Positions 38,165 to 48,517 of a stretch of 64,000 nucleotides of DNA are shown here, piece after piece. The stretch's first letter is position 1, and each line of letters starts with the position of its first letter. The position numbers and the translations under genes are program-made. Below the pieces are notes generated by a model. The model had not been told where the DNA came from, ran no database searches, and was given only the letters and a program-made list of their open reading frames with translations. Source of the stretch: Flavobacteriales bacterium (lineage in GTDB: Bacteria > Bacteroidota > Bacteroidia > CAIKAF01); contig JBEIQI010000001.1 in assembly GCA_040376605.1 (NCBI GenBank), positions 5,191 to 69,190 of the forward strand, in the 5' to 3' direction.

Positions 38165-38584
38165 ATGAAATTAATTTTAGAAAGGATAAATAGTAAAGTG
38201 GCTTTTAAATCCACCAACGAATTCGGTACAGCGGTTCAAATTGATGGAAGTGAATCGGCAGGGGGTGAGGGCCTGGGCCTGCGCCCAATGGAATTGTTAG
38301 CTACGTCTTTGGCTTCTTGTCTTAGCATTGATATTTTACTAATTCTAAAAAAAATGCGAATTGAGCCCATTAAATATGAAGTTCATATTCAATCAAAACG
38401 CAAAGATGCTGTTCCATCATCATTCGAATCAATTCATTTAACTTTTGTGGTTGATAAAAATGATCCTAGAGAGAAAATTGAAAAAGCGATTCAATTAAGT
38501 TTGGATAAATATTGTTCGGTTGCCGCAAGCCTCTCCAATGAAATAAAAATTAGCTTTGATGTAATCACACCAAAAAAATTATAA
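38165..38584 (+). CDS. OsmC/Ohr family thiol protein
   Basis: 139 aa. Two conserved Cys in OsmC-like positions (LATSLASCLSIDI and DKYCSVAASL). Confidence 0.65.
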   Translation: MKLILERINSKVAFKSTNEFGTAVQIDGSESAGGEGLGLRPMELLATSLASCLSIDILLILKKMRIEPIKYEVHIQSKRKDAVPSSFESIHLTFVVDKNDPREKIEKAIQLSLDKYCSVAASLSNEIKISFDVITPKKL

Positions 38585-38589
38585 AGTAA

Positions 38590-39771
38590 ATGAGCAAAAA
38601 ATATTTAAAGAATGCCCATAAGGAAACTTTGGCCATTCGAACACATATTCTAAGAACTAATCAAAAGGAACATTCCAATCCATTGTTCCTTACCAGTAGT
38701 TTTACATTTGACACGGCCGAAGAAATGGCAGCTGTATTTGCTGATGAGATCCCAGGAAATATTTATTCACGATATTCAAACCCCAATGTTCAAGAGCTTA
38801 TAGATAAGGTGTGTTTATTAGAAAACGCAGAAAGCGGATGGGCTACTTCCTCCGGTATGGCTGCTGTATTTACTACATTTGGTGCATTATTAAAATCAGG
38901 GGATCATATCGTTTCGAGCCGATCTGTTTTTGGATCAACACATCGATTATTCACAGAAGTATTTCCTAAATGGGAGGTTTCTACGACATATGTGGATGCA
39001 TTAGATTATGAAGGATATAAAAATGCTATTCAACCAAATACCAAAATTTTATATTTAGAAACCCCTTCAAACCCGGCGTTAGAAATTATTGATATTAAAA
39101 CGGTGGCTAAAATTTGTAAGAAGGCAAAAATACTTTTCGTAGTGGATAATTGTTTTGCAACACCTATATTACAGCGACCGCTTGATTTAGGAGCAGATAT
39201 CTCCATTCATTCAACTACAAAATTTATGGATGGCCAAGGAAGAACGCTTGGTGGATTGATTTTATCAAACTCAAAAATTATCAAAGAAATTGAAGGATTT
39301 GCTCGCCATACCGGGCCGGCATTAAGCCCGTTTAATGCCTGGATCATTTCTAAGTCAATCGAAACTTTACATATACGTGTTGAAAGAATGACCGAAAATG
39401 CGTTGGTGATTGCAAAAAAATTAGAAAAGTATCCCAAAGTAAAATGGGTTAAATATCCATTTTTGCCAAGCCATCCTCATTACAAAACTGCGAAAAAGCA
39501 GATGTTTGGAGGAGGCTCTATTGTTACATTTGAAATAAAAGGTGGATTAAAAGCAGGCCGTCAATTTTTAAATAAACTTCAGCTATTTTCATTAACTCCC
39601 AATTTAGGGGATGCCAAAAGTATTGCTACCCATCCGGCATCTACGACCCATTCGAAATTAAAGCCGGAGGAGAGAAATGCCGTGGGTATTTCCGATGGTT
39701 TGGTTAGATTATCCATCGGTCTTGAACATTCTAATGATATTTGGAAAGATATTTTACAGGCCCTATCCTAA
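38590..39771 (+). CDS. PLP-dependent O-succinyl/acyl-homoserine sulfhydrylase or cystathionine gamma-synthase (MetZ/MetB-like)
   Basis: 393 aa. Cys/Met-metabolism PLP family (...YSRYSNPN..., ...HSTTKFMDGQG... PLP-Lys, ...RLSIGLEH...). Confidence 0.8.
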   Translation: MSKKYLKNAHKETLAIRTHILRTNQKEHSNPLFLTSSFTFDTAEEMAAVFADEIPGNIYSRYSNPNVQELIDKVCLLENAESGWATSSGMAAVFTTFGALLKSGDHIVSSRSVFGSTHRLFTEVFPKWEVSTTYVDALDYEGYKNAIQPNTKILYLETPSNPALEIIDIKTVAKICKKAKILFVVDNCFATPILQRPLDLGADISIHSTTKFMDGQGRTLGGLILSNSKIIKEIEGFARHTGPALSPFNAWIISKSIETLHIRVERMTENALVIAKKLEKYPKVKWVKYPFLPSHPHYKTAKKQMFGGGSIVTFEIKGGLKAGRQFLNKLQLFSLTPNLGDAKSIATHPASTTHSKLKPEERNAVGISDGLVRLSIGLEHSNDIWKDILQALS

Positions 39772-39807
39772 TTCAAGTGAATGAATCAATCAACATGATG
39801 GGTTCGT

Positions 39808-41064
39808 TTATGTTTTTTGTTCTTTCTTTTTAGCTGCAGGAAAAAGAACATTATTTAATATCAAACGATATCCTGATGAATTGGGATGCAGCGATAAATC
39901 TGTAGGTTCATCACCCACCCGATGCTGATAATCTTCCGGATCGTGTCCACCATAAAAAGTCCAGAAGCCTTTTCCAAAAGTTCCATGCATGTATCGAACT
40001 TCGTTAGCTTGTTTATTTTCTCCCAATATAACAACGTTAGATTTCAATAATTTTTTATTAAACGCAGTGGTTTGTCCAAGAAATCCTTTAATAACCGATT
40101 CATGATTTTGGGTTAACATGGTGGGCACTTCATCAGCTTTAGCAGAAAATTCAAACAATGTAAAAAAGTCGAATTTTTGCTGCATATTTCGGGTGGTGGT
40201 CATATCAATATTAGAATATTCGTATTCCGATGGATTCGTGCTAATGGTAAAATCTTTGAAAGCGAAACATTTGGTAAAATCTAGTTTAGCTTGTGATTGT
40301 TGATCCATCGGATCTCCGTCAAACGGGGTTTCACAAATATCGATACCTTCTGCGGCCAATGAAATATCATAACTGTCGGTTGCGCTACACATGGCAAATA
40401 AGTATCCACCTCCGGCTACATAATCACGTATTTTTTTTGCAACTCCTAATTTTAATTCGCTTACTTTATTAAATCCTAATTTTTTTGCCAGAATTTCTGA
40501 TGACCTCACTTGTTCTTGGTACCAACTGTCATTTTTATAGGCCGACCAAAACTTTCCATACTGACCTGTAAAGTCTTCATGATGCAAGTGTAACCAATTA
40601 TAGGTTGGCAACAGACCTCCAATAACTTCGGTATCGTAAATGGTGTCGTAAGGTATTTCTGAGTAGGTTAGTACCATGGTTACCGCATCATCCCAAGGTT
40701 GCATACCTGGAGGAGAATAAACGGCAATTTTGGGAGCCTTTTCCAACTTCATTGGATTTTGATTGACATCGGGGTCGGATAATTGTGAAATTAAATTGGT
40801 GCTTTGGCCGTCCGTTATTAACTCGTAAGAAACATTTCTGGCAAGCATTAAATCTTCATAAGTTGATCTGTATTTAAACATGAATGCGCCTCCACGATAA
40901 TTAAGCATCCAAAAAATCTCATCGTTTAATTCTAACACTCGATATGCAACTCCATATGCTTTCAAATGATCCGTTTGGCCATCATCCATTGGAATAAAAA
41001 CATAATTTGCCCTGGTACTTGTTATACTTAAAAATATAATCAGGGTAAAAGTTAATTTTTTCAT
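39808..41064 (-). CDS. Hypothetical secreted protein
   Basis: Track ORF starts at 41145. The likely start is MKKLTFTLIIFLSITSTRANYVF (signal peptide). No family recognised. Confidence 0.45.
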   Translation of the reverse strand: MKKLTFTLIIFLSITSTRANYVFIPMDDGQTDHLKAYGVAYRVLELNDEIFWMLNYRGGAFMFKYRSTYEDLMLARNVSYELITDGQSTNLISQLSDPDVNQNPMKLEKAPKIAVYSPPGMQPWDDAVTMVLTYSEIPYDTIYDTEVIGGLLPTYNWLHLHHEDFTGQYGKFWSAYKNDSWYQEQVRSSEILAKKLGFNKVSELKLGVAKKIRDYVAGGGYLFAMCSATDSYDISLAAEGIDICETPFDGDPMDQQSQAKLDFTKCFAFKDFTISTNPSEYEYSNIDMTTTRNMQQKFDFFTLFEFSAKADEVPTMLTQNHESVIKGFLGQTTAFNKKLLKSNVVILGENKQANEVRYMHGTFGKGFWTFYGGHDPEDYQHRVGDEPTDLSLHPNSSGYRLILNNVLFPAAKKKEQKT

Positions 41065-41316
41065 ACTTCGAATATACGGATAATGTATTGATTGGAGTAA
41101 ACGTGATTTACTCGGTTTTGTTATATGTTTAAATATAACTCTCAATATTTGTGCCTAATAGCTCTATTGACTGAAAGAAACAATGGGTTGTGCCTAAGCA
41201 GACCATATAGCTTTCTTTAAGGATTTTTGCAGAAATCTTTGTTTATCTAGTAAAAATAAATGCAGATAGGTTAAAATATAGAAGCAGAATAAGAGAAATA
41301 CAAATAACTAAAATGG

Positions 41317-41349
41317 TTCCTTTTAAAGAAAGTTTTGATTAAAAAGGAA
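41317..41349 (-). terminator. Hairpin spanning the dnaB stop codon (ttcctttt...aaaaggaa), likely a terminator
   Basis: An 8-bp inverted repeat with a 16-nt loop at the dnaB 3' end, followed on the minus strand by ccatttt. Confidence 0.4.
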
Positions 41350-42883
41350 TATCATCATCATTCATTTTACTTTGCACAGTAATAGTTTTAGGAAGAGGAT
41401 TTACCTCTCGATCCATTTCTACACCTACATCATTGGAATCTTCTGCACCGTATCTGCGAACATAATTGGATTGGGTTGGAGCCATATCCAAGTTGTGGAA
41501 CTTGGTTTGTTCTGCAATGAAGCCTAAATTAATATCACGTAAAGCTCCATGCCTGTTCTTGGCAATAATTAATTGTGCCATTCCCGCAGTTGAATTCCCA
41601 TCGGCATCCTGGGTAATTTTATAATATTCCGGACGGTAAAGAAAACAAACCATATCCGCATCCTGCTCAATGGCTCCTGATTCACGTAAGTGGGAAAGTA
41701 AAGGTCTTTTGTCGGTTGTTTCTTCCACCTTACGACTTAACTGGGCTAAGGCAATAATAGGTATTTTTAATTCTTTGGAAATGGCTTTTAACGAACGGGA
41801 AATCATAGAAATTTCTTGCTCTCTTAATCCCTTGCTATCGCCGGAACCTCTCATCAATTGTAAGTAGTCAATTAAGATCATACTTACATCATTCTGTTGT
41901 TTTAATCTTCTGGCAATGGATCGGAATTCCATAATGGAAAGTCCTGGTGTATCATTGATAAAAATAGGAGCGTCAGAAAGTAAAGAAATATTTTTATGGA
42001 GTTGTTGCCAATCGTCTTCGTTTAATTTTCCCTTACGAAGTTTTTCGGACTCCAACCCGGTTTCCATAGAAATCATCCTATTCACTAATTCAACAGCCTC
42101 CATCTCAAGGGAGAAAACCGCAACTGGTTTTTTATAATCAACGGCGGCATTTCTTGCCAGTGCAAGAGCAAATGCGGTTTTACCCATACCCGGACGTGCC
42201 GCTACAATGATGAGATTGGATTGTTGCCATCCTCCAGTTACCTCATCCAACTCATGAAACCCAGATGGTACTCCCGAATTTTTTTCATCTCCATCCTTAT
42301 CTTCAATATTCTTAATCGCTTCTGCCAACAGCTCATGCATTTTTGTATTGGCACGATTTAAATTGCCTTGGGATACATCAAATAAATTCTGTTCTGCAAA
42401 ATCCAATACATCAAATACATCCGAACTATCTTCAAATGCTTTATTCGTTACTTCCGAAGAAATACGAATAAGTTCTCTTTTAATAAATTTCTCTTGAAGG
42501 ATCCTGCAATGATATTCTATATTGGCCGCAGATCCTACCCTACTGGTTAGTTGGGCTATAAAATAAGGTCCACCAATAATATCAAGATCCCCTAAAGACT
42601 TGAGTTTATTGGTTACTGTTAAAATATCTATAGGCTCACCCTCTTTATTCAGTTCGCTGATTGCATGATATACCTTTTGGTGGTTAGGTTTGTAAAATAC
42701 TTCAGATTTTAATAAATCACTAACCGCCGTAAATGCATCCTTTTCTAGCATCAAAGCACCCAGTACCGCCTCCTCTAAATCAACAGCCTGAGGTGGTAGT
42801 TTCCCATATTCCAAAGAATTGATTGTATTTACAACCTTTTTTGGCTTGATGTTTTTATCTAATATTTGTCTGATATCGTCCAT
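41339..42883 (-). CDS. dnaB: Replicative DNA helicase DnaB
   Basis: 514 aa. Walker A (AARPGMGKTAFALA), Walker B/DnaB motifs (ILIDYLQLM..., ...ALAQLSR...), N-terminal DnaB domain. No intein. Confidence 0.9.
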   Translation of the reverse strand: MDDIRQILDKNIKPKKVVNTINSLEYGKLPPQAVDLEEAVLGALMLEKDAFTAVSDLLKSEVFYKPNHQKVYHAISELNKEGEPIDILTVTNKLKSLGDLDIIGGPYFIAQLTSRVGSAANIEYHCRILQEKFIKRELIRISSEVTNKAFEDSSDVFDVLDFAEQNLFDVSQGNLNRANTKMHELLAEAIKNIEDKDGDEKNSGVPSGFHELDEVTGGWQQSNLIIVAARPGMGKTAFALALARNAAVDYKKPVAVFSLEMEAVELVNRMISMETGLESEKLRKGKLNEDDWQQLHKNISLLSDAPIFINDTPGLSIMEFRSIARRLKQQNDVSMILIDYLQLMRGSGDSKGLREQEISMISRSLKAISKELKIPIIALAQLSRKVEETTDKRPLLSHLRESGAIEQDADMVCFLYRPEYYKITQDADGNSTAGMAQLIIAKNRHGALRDINLGFIAEQTKFHNLDMAPTQSNYVRRYGAEDSNDVGVEMDREVNPLPKTITVQSKMNDDDIPF

Positions 42884-43057
42884 TATAGTGGTGCAAACTT
42901 ACGTGTTGGGAAGCTAATATTAATTTAATGTTATTAACGTTAAAACAGGATTTTATGTGTACAATTAATTTATAGGAATTGGTAAATATGAGTTTTATAC
43001 ACCCATAAACATCTGTTAGTCAATATTATATAATCCCATCCCTCAACCGAAGCTACT

Positions 43058-43089
43058 ATGATGTGAAACGGCTGAATGTTTCACATCAT
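43058..43089. promoter_or_regulatory. Perfect 12-bp inverted repeat ATGATGTGAAAC-N8-GTTTCACATCAT in the divergent dnaB / biotin-protein promoter region
   Basis: Seen directly. Contains TGTGA ... TCACA half-sites (CRP-like sequence, but 14-nt spacing). Confidence 0.4.
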
Positions 43090-43177
43090 GTTTACAAATC
43101 AGAATAAGAGACAGGTTATTCAAATTAAGTGAATAACATTAAATTTACGTCTTAATTGAGAATTAGCCTACGACAAA

Positions 43178-43684
43178 ATGTACAAAGTATTAACAGAAAA
43201 TGGTGAATATAATATTGGATTTGCCTCCAATGACAATACCAAACCTTTGATTAATTCAGTTTACTCTGGATACACTATAAAAGGGAATTCCATGGATGGT
43301 TTTGAGATTGAGAAGGATGGAAAACTCTTTAAGGCAGATTTATTAAAAGTTGATTATAAGGAGAAAACTTTTTTGGTAAAAGTAGAAGGTAGAAGGATTA
43401 TGGTGAAGGCCCAGGATCGTTTTGATTTGTTATTGGCAAAGCTTGGGATGACCGAGTTAGCATCAAAAAAGATCAATCAGCTCAAGTCTCCCATGCCAGG
43501 ACTCATTTTGGAAGTTTTGGTAACTCCTGGCCAAAACATTAAGGCAGGAGAACCTTTAATTATTTTGGAGGCCATGAAAATGGAAAATATCATTAAGGCG
43601 CCTATAGATGTTGTAATAAAAAACGTAAAGGCCATTAAAGGAAGGCCGGTTGAAAAGAATGAGTTATTGATTGAATTCGAATAA
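43178..43684 (+). CDS. Biotin/lipoyl attachment domain protein (BCCP-like, AMKM biotinylation motif)
   Basis: 168 aa. The C-terminal about 70 aa (PMPGLILEVLVTPGQNIKAGEPLIILEAMKMENIIKAP...) is a canonical biotinyl domain. Confidence 0.65.
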   Translation: MYKVLTENGEYNIGFASNDNTKPLINSVYSGYTIKGNSMDGFEIEKDGKLFKADLLKVDYKEKTFLVKVEGRRIMVKAQDRFDLLLAKLGMTELASKKINQLKSPMPGLILEVLVTPGQNIKAGEPLIILEAMKMENIIKAPIDVVIKNVKAIKGRPVEKNELLIEFE

Positions 43685-44111
43685 AATTGCCATGAATGAA
43701 TCTGTTGAATTTTACAAACAATATATAGGTCAGCGAATCAACACGGCCCCATCTGCTTTTGGAAATTGGCTGAATGGAAAAATTTTAAAAGTAGAGGAGG
43801 ATAGTTTATCCATAGAGTTTGAGGTGCGGGATAATATGACCAACCCGGTAAAACTTCTTCATGGAGGAATGATGGCTGCCTTGATGGATGAAATAATAGG
43901 GATGACAATTTTTGTAAATGGAGAGAAAAACTTCTTTTACAGTATTAGCCTAAATGTTGATTTTATTAGCAACGTAAATGTGGGAGCCAATGTAGTGGTT
44001 ACCTCAAAGATCATCAAGAAAAGTGCAAGGTTGATTCAAGCGGAATGTTATATACATGGTCCCGAAAATAAATTGTTAGCAAAAGCTAGTTCAAATCTAA
44101 TTAGCAGTTAG
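43671..44111 (+). CDS. Hotdog-fold thioesterase, PaaI/4HBT (YbdB-like) family
   Basis: 146 aa. ...PVKLLHGGMMAALMDEIIGMT... is the PaaI-type catalytic motif. Confidence 0.65.
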   Translation: MNSNKIAMNESVEFYKQYIGQRINTAPSAFGNWLNGKILKVEEDSLSIEFEVRDNMTNPVKLLHGGMMAALMDEIIGMTIFVNGEKNFFYSISLNVDFISNVNVGANVVVTSKIIKKSARLIQAECYIHGPENKLLAKASSNLISS

Positions 44112-44122
44112 TTACAGGAACC

Positions 44123-44932
44123 CTATTCTCCGGCATTAATATATTCAAAACCGCTTCCGATTTGTTTCCATAAGACTGCAATTATTCGAATATTTCCCAG
44201 GTCCCATTCTGGTTTTCTAAAAATTCCCTGACGAATTTTAAAGGAAGTATTTTCATTTACCGGAAGGATGTTGACTTGCGCCCCAATTCCATTTGACGCA
44301 GTTGATCCTCGGAGGATATGTTGATGGTTATAATTACCCGCAACTCCTAATTGTGGTGATAAAATATTGTCTTCCACGATATATGCAGTGGTGAAATAAT
44401 TTGAATTGTCTGAAATAAAAAACTTACCATAAATGTTTACAATGATACTATCTGAAGTGGTTGAAAAATTAGCATTCACAGCCCCTTCTGAACTTTCGGC
44501 GGACTCCATGGTTAATGCCGTTAGGATGGCACTTTGGGTCAAAAGAGAAGATTGATTTCCTACACCAAAGTCCGGGAAACCCGCAACATTTAAGGCTGTC
44601 GCAATGTCAATGCCAGCAGGAGTAAAAAGGGTATCCGTGGCATTAGGATGAACCGTTATAAAATAATTATTTGATGGATTTGTTGCCTCCACCTGGTCTA
44701 ATAGATTCAAACCAAAAGTACCACAGGTATTATTTTCGGTATCAGAAAAGAAAAAACAAATAGTGTTTTTGGTTTGCGATGGATAATCACATGATCCATC
44801 ATTTACCTCTGCATTTGGATTGTAATTGGGAGAATTGGGATCTGTACATCCTTTTGTCTTATTATCGCAACTTACCATGGAAATAGTAAAGAATAATAAT
44901 AGACTGATGATAATGTATGATGGACGTATCAT
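44123..44932 (-). CDS. Hypothetical lipoprotein
   Basis: 269 aa. Signal plus lipobox (...ISMVSCDNK), Cys-rich N-terminal region, Asn/Ser-rich body. Overlaps the upstream gene by 4 nt. Confidence 0.45.
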   Translation of the reverse strand: MIRPSYIIISLLLFFTISMVSCDNKTKGCTDPNSPNYNPNAEVNDGSCDYPSQTKNTICFFFSDTENNTCGTFGLNLLDQVEATNPSNNYFITVHPNATDTLFTPAGIDIATALNVAGFPDFGVGNQSSLLTQSAILTALTMESAESSEGAVNANFSTTSDSIIVNIYGKFFISDNSNYFTTAYIVEDNILSPQLGVAGNYNHQHILRGSTASNGIGAQVNILPVNENTSFKIRQGIFRKPEWDLGNIRIIAVLWKQIGSGFEYINAGE

Positions 44933-46143
44933 TTAATAAGTTTAATTTTTCTGCTAATTTGGTCTTGTTCGTAAAATATAGTAACGAGAAACATAAATAT
45001 CCATTGCCCAAGGATACAACAATATATTCCTCCTACTAGGTCAAAACTCTTTAAAAAGAAACTGCATGATGCCAACATGGTTATGGCAGCACCTCCAGCA
45101 CATCGGGATAAAAGTCCGTGATTGTTTTTGTTATAGAAATAAATAACAATTGGAGTATACAGTGTTGAGGGAAATGCAAATAACAAACCGGCAGCCCAAA
45201 ATTCATAACCAATGTTTAACATAAAGAATTGAATGCAAATAAAGTAGGAAATGGAGATAGAAACAACATTCACTAACATTCCCAAAATCAATACTTTCAT
45301 GCGCAGTGAATTGTCCACTTTAATTTTGCTCTTCCTGTCTCTATTATGATAAAATTGTGTGATAAAATTTGGAAGGCTAATGGCAAATAACATAAAGTTC
45401 ATAAAAATTTGATAGGTCGCTTTTTCCGAATCATCAAATTGGGTATATACAAAGAACCGATCTACGGTAAGAATGAGAATAATTGAGAATGAATAAATAA
45501 AATAATTATAAGTAATGAGGTACATTTCTATGTTTATTGTACTCAGTTTACCTTTAATAAAAACTTTATAGTTAAGCAATAAATGAATAGCGCTTTTAGA
45601 AATCTCAGTGAGACCAATGGCAAAAATTAAATACATAAATGACATGTCGTCTAATCGTAAAAAGAAATAAGCAATTCCTACGGACATTCCGGTAATATTA
45701 GCAATAATTGGCTTCCAATCGTTTTTTTCGTAAACATATAATGTTTCGAAACTTTGATTGATAAACTTTCCTGTAAAGAGAAGCAAATAGGATACACAAA
45801 TGATGGGATTATAAGGAGATAAAGCGAGGAATATTAGAAAAATAATGAGCAGTGGCAGTCTGGAATAAAAGCTTTCAACAAAACTATCATATATTTTATT
45901 GGGGAAAGAGGAAAACCTTTTTTGTAAATATTGATTGGATCCCCAGGATAAAATAATGGATGCAATAGAGGCAAAAAACCAAACATCCACTGCCTTGCCC
46001 CATAATTCAATATTTACCATATAGATTGCCAACAAAGGCCATACCGGCTGAAAGATGGGTCCGGAGAATGATCGCAAGGCTTCCATGGCAATGGTTGTCG
46101 CCTTTTTAGGAGAAAGCAGGAATTTCTTCTGAATTAGTTCCAT
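44929..46143 (-). CDS. Polytopic membrane protein, putative MOP/Wzx-type flippase-like
   Basis: 404 aa, about 12 predicted TM helices. Composition and layout are typical of oligosaccharide-lipid flippases, but there is no diagnostic motif. Confidence 0.4.
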   Translation of the reverse strand: MELIQKKFLLSPKKATTIAMEALRSFSGPIFQPVWPLLAIYMVNIELWGKAVDVWFFASIASIILSWGSNQYLQKRFSSFPNKIYDSFVESFYSRLPLLIIFLIFLALSPYNPIICVSYLLLFTGKFINQSFETLYVYEKNDWKPIIANITGMSVGIAYFFLRLDDMSFMYLIFAIGLTEISKSAIHLLLNYKVFIKGKLSTINIEMYLITYNYFIYSFSIILILTVDRFFVYTQFDDSEKATYQIFMNFMLFAISLPNFITQFYHNRDRKSKIKVDNSLRMKVLILGMLVNVVSISISYFICIQFFMLNIGYEFWAAGLLFAFPSTLYTPIVIYFYNKNNHGLLSRCAGGAAITMLASCSFFLKSFDLVGGIYCCILGQWIFMFLVTIFYEQDQISRKIKLIK

Positions 46144-46239
46144 TCAAGATGCAAATTACAAAATATACCTATTGCTTTAACATTACACTCGCACTATTTT
46201 AGGGGTAAACGCTTGTTTTTTATACTTGATAAGGACGGT

Positions 46240-46914
46240 TTAATTAACTTTTAACTCGTATTCCCAAATGAAATTTTTTTCCAACCATGTGTTTCGCGTA
46301 TAAACTAGTTGAGGTTGAAAGCTTTCAATTTCGGCCATTTTATTAATTAAAGTAATGTTGCAGTCATCTGAAAGTACAAGAATTAATTTGCCTTTGATTG
46401 CCAGATATTTTTTTGAATCTCGAAAAAGAAGTTGAAAATAGTTGAGATCTTGTCCGGCGTACCAAGCATGTTCTTCGAGATTGGAAGGATTCTTTGGGAA
46501 ATATGGGGGGTTATTAATGATTAATTCGAAATTCTTCTCTTTAATTTTCTCGAATAAATTAGATTGAACTATTTGCACCATAACATCATTTAAAAGGCAA
46601 TTCGATGAAGTAGTGGACACCGCAACTGGATTGATATCGCAGGCAAATGTGATTGCTTTTTCTTTGGCTGCAAAGATGCATATTGCCCCTGATCCGCATC
46701 CTATTTCCAATACTTTCTTACCTGTCAATGATTGAGTTTTTAGGTATCTGCACATGGTTCTGGTACTAAAAAACAGAGACGGATGAAATATGCCTGGCGG
46801 AATAGATAATTTAAGGCCCATAAATTGAGCCTTCCGTTCTTTTCTGAGGTAAGATTTTGTGACCGGAACTAACCAAGGTTGAATTAACCTTTTAAATATT
46901 TTTTTCCGACTCAT
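46240..46914 (-). CDS. Class I SAM-dependent methyltransferase with NPPY motif (HemK/RsmC-like small-domain MTase)
   Basis: 224 aa. LEIGCGSGAI (motif I) and IINNPPYF (motif IV typical of N-directed MTases). Confidence 0.65.
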   Translation of the reverse strand: MSRKKIFKRLIQPWLVPVTKSYLRKERKAQFMGLKLSIPPGIFHPSLFFSTRTMCRYLKTQSLTGKKVLEIGCGSGAICIFAAKEKAITFACDINPVAVSTTSSNCLLNDVMVQIVQSNLFEKIKEKNFELIINNPPYFPKNPSNLEEHAWYAGQDLNYFQLLFRDSKKYLAIKGKLILVLSDDCNITLINKMAEIESFQPQLVYTRNTWLEKNFIWEYELKVN

Positions 46915-46919
46915 AAATA

Positions 46920-48422
46920 TTAAAATCCTTCAATTTCGGGTTGTCGGTATTTCCATACTTTTTGAAGTACTTTTATTTCATAAGGCATTTGATATGCACT
47001 AAACTTATATCTGGGAGCAGAAATTAACTTGATGGACTTTCTTTTCCATTTATCTAACCTTATATCCGAAACCGTCGGGTAGTAGCCATTTAATACAGTT
47101 TCGAAATTCTTAATCTTATCAATCATATATGGCTTCAGCCATGGGGTAAGTGGGTTTTTCCTTAAATCGAAATTCTCCCAGGTATCATTTATCCAATCCT
47201 CTAATTTATCAGGAAATGTAAAACCACTGGCCTTTACTTGTTCGTATAAATCTGACCCTTCTGTAGGAACCGGACTATATACATAAATGATAATTTCGGT
47301 ATTGGGGTTAATGGATTTGATTTCTTTAATGAATTTGATGTCCTCATCAATTTGTTTATTCACCTGCTTCTCATCGCCCACCGGTATACCGAGTACAAAG
47401 GACATTTCCGGTATTATATCGAACTTTGCCATTCTTTCCGCAAATTTTTTTATTTGAGCCCCAGTTTGTGTACCCCCTTTATCCATCTGTTTTAGGATCT
47501 CATCATTGCCAGTTTCAGCTCCTAGGAATATCATTTTGCAACCGGCTTCACGCATGATTTTAAGACTTTCGTCTTTGTATTTGTCAATGGTGTCGATGCG
47601 GCCTTCGCCCCACCAAATTATTTCCTCCTTTTTTATTAATTCAGAGAATTCAACCGTTCTTTTTTCGGAAACGAAAAAATTGTTGTCAACAAATTCAATC
47701 GCATTCCCCCCATATTGAGTTTTTAAAAATTTAATATCATTATAAATATTGATTGCCGATTTCCCTTTCCAGCGAGCATTATAGATAGGAACTACAGCAC
47801 AGAAGGAGCATGTAAATGGGCATCCAAAGCTGCTATGATAAGCAATGGTTTTACTCCCTAAATATGTTTTACCCAAGTATTTCTTTATAGGGTAAAAAAT
47901 ATTCAATTTCTCATATGGAAATGGGGGCAAACTGTCCTGATCATAAATTCCATCTTTTTTAGTAAAGTGAAGATCTCCATTTTTCTCAAAAATTAAATTG
48001 GAGATATCGCTAAAATCCTTTACACCCACCGAAATTTTCTGAAGTAATTGCGGAAAACATTCGTCACCGGGACCATTTACAATAAAATCAACATATCCTG
48101 ATTTTAAAACTGATTTGGGCTGGTTAGATGGAAAATATCCACCCCAAACTGTGGTAATTTGAGGGTAGGATTCTTTTATTTTTTTGGTGATTGGAATGGC
48201 TTGTTTTAACTGAGGGCCAGGCATTACTGTTGACCCAAAACAAAAAACATCTTTCGTTTCGAGATATTCAAAAATCTTCTTTTCCGGCTCCCTTTCTATA
48301 TTGCCGTCAACGATATAGTATTCAAAGAGTCCTTCGATACTTGCGGCTATTTGAAGAATAGAATTGGGTATTCTTGGCTTTGACGAGCTACTTCTTGGGT
48401 TAAATAGGATTACTCCAGCCAT
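46920..48422 (-). CDS. B12-binding-domain radical SAM protein
   Basis: 500 aa. N-terminal Rossmann-like cobalamin-binding-type domain, then the radical SAM cluster motif CPFTCSFC (CxxxCxxC) with a downstream glycine-rich SAM site. Confidence 0.7.
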   Translation of the reverse strand: MAGVILFNPRSSSSKPRIPNSILQIAASIEGLFEYYIVDGNIEREPEKKIFEYLETKDVFCFGSTVMPGPQLKQAIPITKKIKESYPQITTVWGGYFPSNQPKSVLKSGYVDFIVNGPGDECFPQLLQKISVGVKDFSDISNLIFEKNGDLHFTKKDGIYDQDSLPPFPYEKLNIFYPIKKYLGKTYLGSKTIAYHSSFGCPFTCSFCAVVPIYNARWKGKSAINIYNDIKFLKTQYGGNAIEFVDNNFFVSEKRTVEFSELIKKEEIIWWGEGRIDTIDKYKDESLKIMREAGCKMIFLGAETGNDEILKQMDKGGTQTGAQIKKFAERMAKFDIIPEMSFVLGIPVGDEKQVNKQIDEDIKFIKEIKSINPNTEIIIYVYSPVPTEGSDLYEQVKASGFTFPDKLEDWINDTWENFDLRKNPLTPWLKPYMIDKIKNFETVLNGYYPTVSDIRLDKWKRKSIKLISAPRYKFSAYQMPYEIKVLQKVWKYRQPEIEGF

Positions 48423-48517
48423 GTAAGCATTGGTTTTGGGTAAATATACAAAGATTTTGGCCGGTTAAGGTAGTTTGGTTTACAGCTGTTAGGTAACCAT
48501 TGACACCTAAGAACGAT

